IMG/VR virus record: IMGVR_UViG_3300010353_000982
DNA: 64,000 nt
Reading direction: 5' to 3' (one strand)
From: an uncultured virus (IMG/VR IMGVR_UViG_3300010353_000982)
Lineage: Duplodnaviria > Heunggongvirae > Uroviricota > Caudoviricetes
Positions 38,844 to 49,812 of this stretch are shown here, piece by piece (the first letter of the stretch is position 1; each line of letters opens with the position of its first letter). Below the pieces are notes generated by a model that saw only the letters and a program-made list of their open reading frames with translations, was not told where the DNA came from and searched no databases. The position numbers and the translations under genes were made by a program.

Positions 38844-41800
38844 TTATCCAAACGAATCGACTTTGTTGACCTGTTGCCGAATAGTGTCAACATAATCAGA
38901 GAATTTGACTCTGTTATTATCAAGCCCGAGCCACATTCCTGTCTGTGTTAACTCGATTGTCTTCACACGATATTCTCCATCGTAGAATCCTTTGCCACTT
39001 AATGTCACCCACTGACCAAGATAAATTCTATTTGTCGTCGTTCCCCACATATATCGGTCAGGGTCAACACGGACTTTAATTTGTTTTACCGTCGATGCAT
39101 TTTGATATGCATTCATGGCCAACGCACGCGCTTCATCCTTACCAGTAACCGCCCTATCTCTGATAAGCATAACTGGCTTGGTTATCGACGTGGAATTCCA
39201 GAGCGACATTGATTCGCCTTCAACACTGAAATCGCCGAAGTATGCCATAATTCTCGGCGTGATTTTTCCATAATAAGCGGTTGCCGAGGTGATGGTAAAT
39301 CCAGCATCGGCAGTAAGTCCAACTGTTCCAAAGTCGCTGGCAAGATTCACCGATGAATAATCAATCAATGCCGTATCAACATCAGGATTGGGCATTGCAT
39401 CCTTATCAAACCATACCTTTATCCTCGGAACAGTTCCATCTTTATCCCACCTGACAACAATGTAATTCGTCGATGCAAGATTCAAGATTTCAGTCGTAAC
39501 GGTAAGAGTATAAGATTCAAGTTCCGTCGTTCCTTCATAGAGAATCAGGTAATAAGTATAGGTTGCGTTGGCCCTGTTCTCCTTGATTACGGCTCGATAC
39601 ATTTTCTGGAAATTGCCCGCATCATTTCCACCACCGAAAATCAGTCCTACCTCTTTCCAATATGAAGTATCTGTCGCACCATCGAGCACTGCATCATTAC
39701 GCACCGAGACCATTATTGTCGCGGCCTCGTCGGTAGAAAGAACAAGTGACGGATGATAGATATTACAATAAACTGGAATATGATAATTCGGGTTAAGCAT
39801 TTCAATATATGCTCCCATATTTGATCCAGTCGTATTGATCGTTGCCCGTACCGCGCCAGCATAATTTGGTTCACAAATTACATTTGACATCTCATCGCAT
39901 TTTGCTTGCGTCGTGAAATCATTTGAATAACTCACCGATATCGGGCGCGCAAGATAATTCTTTCTTCCTGCTCCAGTTCCACTGCCATCGAGGACAATTG
40001 CATTCGTATAATCGATCATATTGACTGATGTTTTCGACACATCCCAAGTATAATCGGAAATATCTGCACTTCTCTTTGTAAAAAATCCTTCATAATCGGG
40101 ATCGGTTCCTGCAATGGTTGTACCTGCAGGCATAATGTAAATTTCACCTGCATAATTAATAACAACATTCATCTTGTCAATGATAGTATCACTCGATGCA
40201 TCTGTCGTTGCCATGAGATGTGATGTTGAATAATCCGAATCGTCGTTAACAGAGAAAGACAAATTCCTGGCGATTTCATAGAGCCATTGCGTCTTTGAAA
40301 GCCATTCTCCTTTGATTTTAATCAAGGTATGTGGACAATATTTCACTCTGAAACGAGAAGCACACGAACCATCAATAATTCTGGAAAGCAATTCGTCGGC
40401 GTAAATTCCATTCTCCGAGTGATCGACAAAACCATTCGTTCCTTCCATGTAATATCCAAAGGTACGCCAGAGATCAATTACATGGCCTTGAAGTGTCATG
40501 TTCATGATGGTATTATTCTTATCCTTCGCTATCTCCAGATCCTTAAGAATGAATTTTTCCACTTCGTCTTCACTACACGAATAAAATTCAAAGTATTCAG
40601 CGAATTTTATTTTCTGAATATATTTTCCGAGATCAGATACTGGTCTCTGGAATATTCTTGTTCCCGCCGTAATAATATTATCAAAAAGTCCATATACGGC
40701 ATATATATCCGTTTCGTAATTCATGCTATGAACAAGTGTCCATGTCGAACCGTCGTCCGATTCAAATAGTTCCGAGTAATTTAATACTGCATAAATCATA
40801 TCACTCGAAGCCCACATTGAATAACAAATCCCAGTATTCGTGGTATTTGAATATAAACCAGTTACGTGTGACCACGTTGATGAGTCGCCAGTCGTTGATC
40901 TCCATACTGGTTCAAAGTCACTTGCCCAATATCCACCGACATAAATGTAAGAACCAAATGATACCATCGTGGTAATTGCATTGTATGTCGACGTAATACC
41001 CGATTGAGTATATGTCCACGATGTTCCGTTTGATGTCCTGCCAACAATAAGTTTGCTTTTCGACGAGCCACCTCCACCAAAGAACAGGTAAGAACCATGG
41101 ATACAAAGGCAATAAACATAATGTTTCGTTGTATCACCAGTAGTTGAAACACTTGACCACGACGTTCCATTTGATGATCGATAAACTGCCCCAGCCTTTC
41201 CGCTCGACGAATAGCTACATGCAGCATACATATAACTGTCATAACTCCAATACAACAAATCCTTGATCGAATCGAAAGAAGACGTCCACATTAATGTCCA
41301 ATCTCTTCCCGATAAAGATCTGTAAACCTTGGCTGCACCTGCCGCCGATTCACTCATGTAGAGATAATTACCCCATATGCCGAATGCAGTAATATTTCTC
41401 GACGCAGTATCATTTTCCCACACCTTTTCCCATCGAATACCATCAGAACTTCTCAAGATAAGTGAACCAGTAGATGTTGATTTTCCGCCAGCATAAATAT
41501 AATTATTGAATACAATCATTTTCTGAACATAACTCAATTGTTCAAACCCATGGTCAATTTCTCTTGCAAGCACCGAATTAATATATTTATAGAGACCAGC
41601 AGCACCACCAGATACATATCCACCGATATACATATCAATACCAAACGGACTCATGCTCATTACCTTGGTATCTGGCGTCGGTATCGTTGCTTCATGAACC
41701 CATGTTAACGTCGAATGGCTTGTTGAATTATAAATCTTGCCGTCGGCAAATCCAACGTACCACTTTGCATTATAATAGGTAAGAGCTAATGCCTCAACAG

Positions 41801-43562
41801 AGCCATTTGGAGTATTCAAATACCACGACGTACTTATCTTATAAGCAAACCATCCATTGCTTGAAACAAAAGCAACGAGAATATTGCTCGGCCCCCCTGG
41901 AGTAATTAGAATATCGTTAATTGCTGCACCGACTGCAATACCTTCAGATACCCACGTCGATGTTGAATCGTAACAAGTCCAAAGTGTATTACCTGTATCG
42001 GTAGTTCCAGCATATACAATTACTTCTCCTGTATCTTTCGACATACATTTTACAGTACGACCAAGAGAACCAACGGTTGCCCATGAAATTCCATCTGAAG
42101 AACGATAAACATTGGCTCCATCACCAGCAACCCAGATATATCCAGTCGTAATACCGATAGCATAAAGATTAGAATACGACGTATCAAGGACAATATTCCA
42201 ATCAACACCATCTGCTGATCGCAAAACCAGCCCATGTGTTCCCGTTACGATGTAAATATAATTTTTAAATGTGGCTACGTCGTGAATATATTGTTCTGGA
42301 TAACCATAATAACCATACATATACTCGGTACTTTCTGGCACTCCGTTGATGTAACCCATAAAACCATCATTTATATAAGAAGTGCCACCACCGACGAGCG
42401 ATATTGGACCGATAAACATCGTAAGAACATTTTTAAAATGTGCCAGTGCATATACTGAATTGTCAGTAGTTCTTACCGAAGCATAAGTATAAGATCCTCC
42501 AGAACCAGAAATTCTGCATATATTATAATTATCCGTTCCGACGTAAAGATACGTTGTTCCTTTTGTCATACAAAGTGCCTTACCAGTCGAATATGTTGCC
42601 GTATCAATGATTGCAGACCACGTTCCATTATCTCCAGTACCATCGCTAGAATAATAAATTTTTCCGTCAGCACAAAGAATCCATGGTTTATTATCGTAAG
42701 TACAAAGATTTGCCTTTCCCCAAGATCCAACTCCAGCAGAAAGAGTTCCCACAGTAGTAACAGTCCATGAAGTATTTACTCTTACAAGTCGTCCTTTGGT
42801 GCATGTCACATAAAGATTAGAACCATATACTCCTCCAAAATTCGGCATTCCAAAATAATTTATACTATATGAATATGTAAAATTAGAACCGCCGTCTGTT
42901 GAATAATGAATACATCCAGAATAACTATTGAAAAGTACAATAGCCGAATTAAAGTATGTGAGCCAGTAAATTTCTTTCCCGAGAATAGTTGCTGGATAAT
43001 CGGCAGTATAAGGAATATCTGTCCACGTCGTTATAGCCGATTCTGATGCCCTGTAAAGTTTTGAACCAATTGCTACGAAAACATAGTTGGTTCCACTGAT
43101 ATAACACGACATAATACAATTTGGAGACGTTCCACCCGAGAGAGAAGCTACCTGTGTCCACGACGAACCTGAAGTAGAATAATAGACTTTGCTACTCGAC
43201 GCGCAAATAAAATATAAAGCAGAGCCAGATGCTCCCATTATAAGTTGTTTTGGTGTTTCAGCAAGTCCTTCTCCCTCGTAACAGGGCTCCCAAAATTGTT
43301 CATCAACATATCGATAAACTCTTCCTGGATTTCCAGAACCAATAGAAGAACCACAAAAATACATATCTCCACCAAATTCTGTAATGCCAGTATTACTTAC
43401 ATTGGTCGTACCACAACCATTTTCAATAACAGATACATCAGAAACAGTTCCCGAGGGGATAATGGAAGAAGCCGTCAAAAGAGCAGGCTTTTCCAAATCC
43501 CACTTTAAATTAAAGTCTGTAATGTAATATTCTGTCCCAAAAGAGTCTTTCATCTGTGCCAT
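38844..43562 (-). CDS. Large tail tip/baseplate hub protein with multiple beta-propeller repeats
   Basis: Follows tape measure; many S-x-D-G-x-x-W (BNR/Asp-box) repeats; hub-like C-terminus. Confidence 0.75.
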   Translation of the reverse strand: MAQMKDSFGTEYYITDFNLKWDLEKPALLTASSIIPSGTVSDVSVIENGCGTTNVSNTGITEFGGDMYFCGSSIGSGNPGRVYRYVDEQFWEPCYEGEGLAETPKQLIMGASGSALYFICASSSKVYYSTSGSSWTQVASLSGGTSPNCIMSCYISGTNYVFVAIGSKLYRASESAITTWTDIPYTADYPATILGKEIYWLTYFNSAIVLFNSYSGCIHYSTDGGSNFTYSYSINYFGMPNFGGVYGSNLYVTCTKGRLVRVNTSWTVTTVGTLSAGVGSWGKANLCTYDNKPWILCADGKIYYSSDGTGDNGTWSAIIDTATYSTGKALCMTKGTTYLYVGTDNYNICRISGSGGSYTYASVRTTDNSVYALAHFKNVLTMFIGPISLVGGGTSYINDGFMGYINGVPESTEYMYGYYGYPEQYIHDVATFKNYIYIVTGTHGLVLRSADGVDWNIVLDTSYSNLYAIGITTGYIWVAGDGANVYRSSDGISWATVGSLGRTVKCMSKDTGEVIVYAGTTDTGNTLWTCYDSTSTWVSEGIAVGAAINDILITPGGPSNILVAFVSSNGWFAYKISTSWYLNTPNGSVEALALTYYNAKWYVGFADGKIYNSTSHSTLTWVHEATIPTPDTKVMSMSPFGIDMYIGGYVSGGAAGLYKYINSVLAREIDHGFEQLSYVQKMIVFNNYIYAGGKSTSTGSLILRSSDGIRWEKVWENDTASRNITAFGIWGNYLYMSESAAGAAKVYRSLSGRDWTLMWTSSFDSIKDLLYWSYDSYMYAACSYSSSGKAGAVYRSSNGTSWSSVSTTGDTTKHYVYCLCIHGSYLFFGGGGSSKSKLIVGRTSNGTSWTYTQSGITSTYNAITTMVSFGSYIYVGGYWASDFEPVWRSTTGDSSTWSHVTGLYSNTTNTGICYSMWASSDMIYAVLNYSELFESDDGSTWTLVHSMNYETDIYAVYGLFDNIITAGTRIFQRPVSDLGKYIQKIKFAEYFEFYSCSEDEVEKFILKDLEIAKDKNNTIMNMTLQGHVIDLWRTFGYYMEGTNGFVDHSENGIYADELLSRIIDGSCASRFRVKYCPHTLIKIKGEWLSKTQWLYEIARNLSFSVNDDSDYSTSHLMATTDASSDTIIDKMNVVINYAGEIYIMPAGTTIAGTDPDYEGFFTKRSADISDYTWDVSKTSVNMIDYTNAIVLDGSGTGAGRKNYLARPISVSYSNDFTTQAKCDEMSNVICEPNYAGAVRATINTTGSNMGAYIEMLNPNYHIPVYCNIYHPSLVLSTDEAATIMVSVRNDAVLDGATDTSYWKEVGLIFGGGNDAGNFQKMYRAVIKENRANATYTYYLILYEGTTELESYTLTVTTEILNLASTNYIVVRWDKDGTVPRIKVWFDKDAMPNPDVDTALIDYSSVNLASDFGTVGLTADAGFTITSATAYYGKITPRIMAYFGDFSVEGESMSLWNSTSITKPVMLIRDRAVTGKDEARALAMNAYQNASTVKQIKVRVDPDRYMWGTTTNRIYLGQWVTLSGKGFYDGEYRVKTIELTQTGMWLGLDNNRVKFSDYVDTIRQQVNKVDSFG

Positions 43563-46500
43563 TTATACTACCTCGTCACTTGAATATTTTTCTCCTAGTT
43601 TTTCTTCGACAATAGTCGTAATTTGGTCTCCGAGAGCATTGATTTCCGCTGCATCCATGGCCTGCTTCGGATAAACATTCGTAGTAATGTTGAAGTAATT
43701 CTGAACATTCATCACACCCGCAGCCGCAGCAACGGCGGGAGAAGTAGCCAATGCGCTTTCAAGGTAAGATGAGCCAGCAGTCGCTGCGGCAGTCGGAACG
43801 AGCTGGCCAGTGGTAGAAAGTTCCGTCGGCTGAATGCTGGATGCATAATAACCCTTCGGCGGAACTGTTGCCATTATATCAACAAGATTACGATAATCTC
43901 CGTCGGTACTCTTCTCACCTGCAACAGCAGCATTGATTTGTGACATCGAATAAAGCTTGCCACCAACTTCGGTCAATTGCGCGATAGTTGCTTCTTTCCA
44001 TGTATAAAGTTGTCTTTCTGAAGCACTGGTATCAAAGTCTGGTATTGTGAGATTTCCAATTTCTCCCTCTGATTCCTTGATTTTATTAATATAATCCAGC
44101 AGAGTTTCAGTCATTCCCAGTCCGAGATTATCTCCGATATCTGTTCCGAGGTCAAAAGCATCACTGGTTAATATTTCATAATTATCACCAGAAAGAAGCT
44201 CGGTAAGAGCAGAGTAATCACCATCTTCGATTGCCTTCGTAATCTTGGCCTGTATTTCATCGGCCCCCTCTGCAAGACCATCACCAGTCGCCTCGCCAGC
44301 CTTTTTGCCTTCTTTCTTGAACTGGTCTATCGGTATTATTCCAGCAATGGTAACGCCAGTAGCATCAGTGCCCAATTTCAACGGCGTAGCATTGAAAGTC
44401 AATTTCGATGCCGTGCTGTTATTAATTTCCTTGGTAAGATCTGCAATTAGATTTGATTCCTTGTATGCAGCCATTCCGAAAGTATTCTCGGCCTTTGTAG
44501 ATTCTTCAGTCGACTTGGTAGATGTTTTCATTGCTTCGGAATATTCATAATGACTGTCACGAATCCTGTCGATATATGCTTGTGTGTAAACCAACTGTCC
44601 CGTTTCATCGTCGAGTGTCTTCGCACCACCAGAATAACCTTCGATAAGACCCTTTGCTGCCGACTGCCCGAGCTTTGTAGTATTAATAACACCCTGCATC
44701 TTTCTGTCAAATTCACCGAGAGCATCGCCACCAATCATTCCGACGAGAATGGCTGACATAATTGCATCACCAATTCCCTCAAAGACAATACCCATATCTT
44801 TGATTGCGGCGGAAATAGCACCGAGCATCTTTGCTACCCCATATGAAATCTCATATGGATCTACCTCAATAAGCCCATGGATAATAGACTTGCCACCAGA
44901 GATAGTCTGATATGCCTCATCCTTCAGACGCTGCAGCGCAGGTAATATTTCATTATCGATCTGTTCATTTAATTCCTGCCCTGCCACTTTCGTCCTCGTG
45001 GCAATTCCATCCCAGTCTGTTTTCCAAGCGGCATAAAGCAAATATGCGGCGATACCAAGGACGGCAAGCCAAGGTAAGGCAGCCATAATCATAGTCGACA
45101 GACTTCCAACACCCACGGCTGCAGTCTCTGCACCCACACCAACGAGCGTATATCCCTGTGCAGCCGCCACCGAAGAGGCCGTAGACCCAGCCGCAGCCCC
45201 TGATGTGAGGCCGAGAGCCGCAAACAAGCCACCAACAGAGGATGTTGCAAGAATAGATGTCGATCCCATTACAGCCAACGACTTAACGAAGTTATAAATA
45301 ACATAGATTACTTCACCTGCACGTCGACCAAGACCAATAATCGAAGCAGTTCCCCATGAGAGAGCACCAATATAGAGTAATATCGGGCCTACGGCGGCAA
45401 GAAACACGGCAGAACTGGTAACAATACCAACAATCATCTTTTGTGTGCCTTCTTTCAAACCAGTGAACCAATCGATAAGACCCTGAAGATATCCAAGCAT
45501 ACGCTGCAGAGGAGGCAGCATTCCGTCGATAATCATCCGCACGAGCTCTTTCAAGGTATCCATATTATTGAGAAGCCACTCGTTTATCTCCTTAATGATC
45601 GGAGCAAGGGCCATATAACCCTCGATACGGAGCTGATTCATCGCCTCGGTGAGTTGTTTTACCTGAAATGCCGTCGATTGCATCTGAATAGCTGCCTGTT
45701 CCTGTGCAGCCAACTTCGTCTCGACGATACCCATCATTTCATTGAAATAATCGTTATTCTCCCGATATATATCGGTAAGAGCAATCATTGCACCCGCAGA
45801 CTGTTTTCCAAATACCTCGTACATCTCGGCAGCAGTCATGCTACTATCTGCAATCTCTGCAATGATTTTGCTAAATGGTAAAAGGCCAGTGACGGTTGTA
45901 TTGTCAAGCTGGGTTCCGAGATCTTCAACTAATTGTCTCTGTTCTGCTATTAATGCCGAACTTACTTTCTGATCACCATTCAGAATGGCATACGTCGTTT
46001 TTAACTTGGCATTTGCAACAGCCAAAGCCTCGGCGTCGGTAACATTGCCTGCCAGCCGTGCCTGCGAGATAAGAGCATTATTCGTCTGAATTTCCGCAGA
46101 AAGCCCAGCAAGTTCTGTTTTGTTACCTAGAGTACCACGTTCCATGTAATCGAGTGCTTTTCGTGCATCGTTATATGCCTTGGCTACTCCATTTATCTGC
46201 TCCTGATTGGTATAAAGTTCCAAATTATATTTTTCAAGCACAGCCCTGCTGCTATCCGTCGGAGCAATAATATCCGCAAAAGTATCACGGATAACACGGC
46301 CAGCCTGTTGCCCCTTGAAACCACGGTCAGTAAGAACACCGAGTAATACAAGCATCTCGGAAAGTTCCATATCGAGTGAATGTGCCGTCGGCAGAACGTA
46401 TTTCAGGCCATTCTTTAAATCATCCATCGACAAGTTGAACTGGGTGGCCGCTGCAGCAAGCATATTCGTAACTTTACCAGAATCCTCGGCTTCGAGATTA

Positions 46501-47066
46501 TATGACTTGAGCACGGAGTTTACAATCCCGAATGTCTGGGCAAGATCATATTGCTGCGCCGTGGCAAGTTCAAGAATTGGCTGTGTAGTAGCATACACGT
46601 CGGCAAGTGTATAACCTGCCTGCCCCATGATATACATGGTTTCGAGAACTTCTTCACCCGAGAACTGACTCTTCAAAGCCAGTGCCTGTGAAAATTCTTT
46701 CAGTTCATCAGTTAAGGAAGCGACAGGATGTTCTGCGTCGGCAAAAAGTGATGTTACTCGATAGAGCTGTGTTTCAAATTCTGTTCCAGCGGTTGTTAAG
46801 CTTTTCAGCCCGAGAATAAGAGGTAAAGTAAATGTACCAGTAAGAGCACCACCAGCACCAACGAGAGTGTTACCGAGACGACGGAAACTTTCTTCGACTC
46901 CTTTTACAGAATCGTTAATCGTATTGAATCGTGATCCAACAGTGCTTGCTACGTTTGTGGCAGCAGAGTTAACACTATTTTGCACGGAGGCAAGTCCAGG
47001 CCCCGTCGCATTTACTACCGTGAAACGGAAAACAACATCCCCGTCTCCTCCCGTTGTTGATACCAT
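43563..47066 (-). CDS. Tail tape measure protein (TP901-type core)
   Basis: 1167 aa, Ala/Gly-rich, LATA...D and G.KG.QAG core, TM region. Confidence 0.92.
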   Translation of the reverse strand: MVSTTGGDGDVVFRFTVVNATGPGLASVQNSVNSAATNVASTVGSRFNTINDSVKGVEESFRRLGNTLVGAGGALTGTFTLPLILGLKSLTTAGTEFETQLYRVTSLFADAEHPVASLTDELKEFSQALALKSQFSGEEVLETMYIMGQAGYTLADVYATTQPILELATAQQYDLAQTFGIVNSVLKSYNLEAEDSGKVTNMLAAAATQFNLSMDDLKNGLKYVLPTAHSLDMELSEMLVLLGVLTDRGFKGQQAGRVIRDTFADIIAPTDSSRAVLEKYNLELYTNQEQINGVAKAYNDARKALDYMERGTLGNKTELAGLSAEIQTNNALISQARLAGNVTDAEALAVANAKLKTTYAILNGDQKVSSALIAEQRQLVEDLGTQLDNTTVTGLLPFSKIIAEIADSSMTAAEMYEVFGKQSAGAMIALTDIYRENNDYFNEMMGIVETKLAAQEQAAIQMQSTAFQVKQLTEAMNQLRIEGYMALAPIIKEINEWLLNNMDTLKELVRMIIDGMLPPLQRMLGYLQGLIDWFTGLKEGTQKMIVGIVTSSAVFLAAVGPILLYIGALSWGTASIIGLGRRAGEVIYVIYNFVKSLAVMGSTSILATSSVGGLFAALGLTSGAAAGSTASSVAAAQGYTLVGVGAETAAVGVGSLSTMIMAALPWLAVLGIAAYLLYAAWKTDWDGIATRTKVAGQELNEQIDNEILPALQRLKDEAYQTISGGKSIIHGLIEVDPYEISYGVAKMLGAISAAIKDMGIVFEGIGDAIMSAILVGMIGGDALGEFDRKMQGVINTTKLGQSAAKGLIEGYSGGAKTLDDETGQLVYTQAYIDRIRDSHYEYSEAMKTSTKSTEESTKAENTFGMAAYKESNLIADLTKEINNSTASKLTFNATPLKLGTDATGVTIAGIIPIDQFKKEGKKAGEATGDGLAEGADEIQAKITKAIEDGDYSALTELLSGDNYEILTSDAFDLGTDIGDNLGLGMTETLLDYINKIKESEGEIGNLTIPDFDTSASERQLYTWKEATIAQLTEVGGKLYSMSQINAAVAGEKSTDGDYRNLVDIMATVPPKGYYASSIQPTELSTTGQLVPTAAATAGSSYLESALATSPAVAAAAGVMNVQNYFNITTNVYPKQAMDAAEINALGDQITTIVEEKLGEKYSSDEVV

Positions 47067-47067
47067 T

Positions 47068-47412
47068 TTATTTTCCTCCTATACCTTTTCCATGCTTTTT
47101 AGTATTCTTTGCCTTTTCTCGTTCTGCTTCCTCATGTTTCGATTTAAGACTCAAAATTCTACCAAGCGATAGAAAAGTTCTTTCTGGAACATCGTTTAGT
47201 TCCTCCCATGACCATCCCATGCTTTTCATGATGGTGATGTCGAGAAACATCGTATCGTCACCCCTTCCATCACGAATCATTCGTTTCCATGTGACGATCT
47301 TTCTTTCTGCCTTTTCAGTAAGAAAGTTTTTTAAGAGGGTTGGTCTGGGGTTTTGTTCTCGGTCTGCTCTTTCTCTATCGGTGGTGAACTCATAGTCGAG
47401 ATCCCGAAAAAA
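47068..47412 (-). CDS. Tail assembly chaperone, -1 frameshift extension (gpGT-like)
   Basis: -1 frame open from slippery T TTT TTC (47412-47406) into ORF 47280-47068. Confidence 0.8.
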   Translation of the reverse strand, partial: FFRDLDYEFTTDRERADREQNPRPTLLKNFLTEKAERKIVTWKRMIRDGRGDDTMFLDITIMKSMGWSWEELNDVPERTFLSLGRILSLKSKHEEAEREKAKNTKKHGKGIGGK

Positions 47413-47777
47413 CCTGTAGCATCACTTCCAATATGCTCACGACATGTTTTGAGGAGCGACACATATTCAGATTCTTTCAATTCATAGAAGTCCTCTGGAA
47501 CCCATACTTTACCTGTTGCAAGCGAGACAACAGATACTTCGAGGAAATCTTCCATTTTTTCATTGTAATCAGACATACCGTCTGGATCTATTTCCGCGAT
47601 TGCAACCATCGCATCCTGAATAGAAACATTCTCTCCAAGTTCTTCGAGAGTCTTTTTATATTTCATCAGGAAGTTGACGGATATTTTCTTCTGTTTCTTG
47701 CGAATATCACGAACTACACCATGGAGAGGTTCTTCGGTCAGTTCGTATTCTTTGCCTTTAATAGTAACGGTTTGCAT
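47331..47777 (-). CDS. Tail assembly chaperone (gpG-like)
   Basis: Between tail tube and tape measure; in-frame slippery heptamer. Confidence 0.82.
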   Translation of the reverse strand: MQTVTIKGKEYELTEEPLHGVVRDIRKKQKKISVNFLMKYKKTLEELGENVSIQDAMVAIAEIDPDGMSDYNEKMEDFLEVSVVSLATGKVWVPEDFYELKESEYVSLLKTCREHIGSDATGFFGISTMSSPPIEKEQTENKTPDQPS

Positions 47778-47820
47778 ATCAAGATCATCCTTTATATTTC
47801 AAAAAAATAAATTAATAGGT

Positions 47821-48855
47821 TTATGCTGCCCTCGTGGTCGCAACACCGATAGGTGCAAGTGTTGCCGAACCCTCGATAGGCAGGGAGGTGAGTTTCTCGC
47901 CCATGATACCCTCAAGAGAGTAATCAAAGGGAAGTTCGGGGAACTTCAGTCCGACGAGACTAATATAGAGATCAGTGGTTCCACACTCGACGAGGAACGA
48001 CAGATCATACGACTGGAAGGCAATAATGTCATCCAGTGCGAAGTATGTCTTGTTCGGCGTCGGAGCTTTGGTGAAATCGTAGTAGTCCACGTCGAGTGAC
48101 ACAGTAATGTCACGCGAGGTAAGGACAGCCGCATTGATCTTCGACGTGGCGGTTGAGTTAAGATCCTTTGCGAACTCGATGTTGTTCGACATCTTAATCT
48201 CAACACCATTGAGAATATCCTGCAGAGCAGCCCATGTCCCACCAGTCGATCTCATCTGTATCCCGCTGATGTGCGAAGCACCCAGCGGAACAGCGTTAAG
48301 CTCGGAGGCATGTGAACCAGTGCCAACATATGTCGTGGTACTCGTGGTAAGAGACTTACCGACGAGCGTGGCATTACAACGGCAAGCAGTTCCAACTTCG
48401 ACGGAAAACGTGAAGTCCTGAACCATCATACCATTATAGACCATGAACTCCTTTCCACCAGTCCCTGCATCAGTCCACTTATCGATAACACCGATGGTGT
48501 ACGACGGGATTGTGTCGTCTGGTGCAAACGGAGCCGCTACATCGTTGGAAAACGCACCAGTAAAGAAACTGGGAGTCGTTGACCAATTGAACATATTCCC
48601 AACCTGCGGGATATATTCGATGTCGAGCTGAACTTCTTCTCCTGTCTGTACATTTTTGTGCGAGTCGGGGCGACCAGTTGTTGCTGCATTCGACTTCAGA
48701 TACTTAATATCCTCCGTGAGAAGCTTGTGCCCGTTCTTTGCCGACTGCACATAACCAATCCACTGCATCGCAGGGTTGGTCGGGGTTGTTCCGTAAGTTG
48801 CTTCTACAACCGCCTCGACAGCCCCCAGATATTGTCCATGTGCTCCTGATGCCAT
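47821..48855 (-). CDS. Major tail tube protein
   Basis: E.TYGTTP N-terminus, Y.G..V..F.F motif, synteny. Confidence 0.82.
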   Translation of the reverse strand: MASGAHGQYLGAVEAVVEATYGTTPTNPAMQWIGYVQSAKNGHKLLTEDIKYLKSNAATTGRPDSHKNVQTGEEVQLDIEYIPQVGNMFNWSTTPSFFTGAFSNDVAAPFAPDDTIPSYTIGVIDKWTDAGTGGKEFMVYNGMMVQDFTFSVEVGTACRCNATLVGKSLTTSTTTYVGTGSHASELNAVPLGASHISGIQMRSTGGTWAALQDILNGVEIKMSNNIEFAKDLNSTATSKINAAVLTSRDITVSLDVDYYDFTKAPTPNKTYFALDDIIAFQSYDLSFLVECGTTDLYISLVGLKFPELPFDYSLEGIMGEKLTSLPIEGSATLAPIGVATTRAA

Positions 48856-48859
48856 GTTT

Positions 48860-49258
48860 TTACCTCACTACTATCCACGAAATTTCGATGTCCATCTCAC
48901 GCTTGTAGATCTCATCCTTACCTGCTACGGCGGGAATGAGTGGACTAATCGAAAAGATTCTCCCGAAGGAAAAGTCTTCAATCGCATAGCCATACTGAAC
49001 GAAGGCGATGTAGACATCATCAAACAATTGATCGAGAGTCATTGTGTCGTCATCTACAACAGTAACACGAGCCAGACCCTTCATAAGACCACCCTCGATA
49101 AGAGGATCGGATGATGCAGACACAATGTCGACGACACAACACGGGATTACTGCATCATTTTCTGGGTAGGTAGCGAACACTTTGCCTGACAGCGATGTGA
49201 CCTTCGCTTCGATAAATGTCTTGAATGCCCGTTTTATGTCTTCGAGACTGTTCTTCAT
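48860..49258 (-). CDS. Putative tail terminator/completion protein
   Basis: Synteny; P...P..V pattern. Confidence 0.6.
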   Translation of the reverse strand: MKNSLEDIKRAFKTFIEAKVTSLSGKVFATYPENDAVIPCCVVDIVSASSDPLIEGGLMKGLARVTVVDDDTMTLDQLFDDVYIAFVQYGYAIEDFSFGRIFSISPLIPAVAGKDEIYKREMDIEISWIVVR

Positions 49259-49812
49259 TGGTATCTCTCCCCCTTTGTAAAGAGTGTCCTTGAAGCAATG
49301 TTCGTCGAAATCTTAAGAGTTCCACGCCGCCAGTTGTAGGAATATTTCCTTACCTGTAAATCACGAACAATCTGATTCTTGGTATTCCATACAATTTTCC
49401 GCACATCATGAATTATCCCACGCGCAGGATCTGGATATTTGTATGACTTTCCAGTAAGCCCCCGAGCAGTTCGAATAAAACGGCGGAAATTGATATCCAT
49501 ACCATAAACTAGGAATTTGGCATATGGTAGGCCAGAGTTGGCAATGGTATATTCATACCCAGTCTTACCAATTTTCCTCTTTGTCCGTGACCAGGATAAC
49601 TGATAATCACCCTCGTCAACTGGTGACGAATCAACAATCTCCCTGAAACATTTTTCAACTTCAGTTTCAATTGTCTCAAGCATCATCGTCGATTCAATAA
49701 ACGTATCTGGATTGAGAATAAGACGAACCTGCTCCGAAATAACAGGAGTACACCTTACATGCACTCTCTTATTAACGCTTGAAACAGGCCCAAACGTGTA
49801 GACAGACGGCAT
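49255..49812 (-). CDS. HK97 gp10-like neck/tail completion protein
   Basis: SPVDEG...SW and PYAKFL.YG motifs. Confidence 0.65.
   Translation of the reverse strand: MPSVYTFGPVSSVNKRVHVRCTPVISEQVRLILNPDTFIESTMMLETIETEVEKCFREIVDSSPVDEGDYQLSWSRTKRKIGKTGYEYTIANSGLPYAKFLVYGMDINFRRFIRTARGLTGKSYKYPDPARGIIHDVRKIVWNTKNQIVRDLQVRKYSYNWRRGTLKISTNIASRTLFTKGERYQ

Noticed and set aside
31580..43562. Diversity-generating retroelement or shufflon on tail fibres
   Set aside because: No reverse transcriptase, invertase or TR/VR pair noticed in the window.
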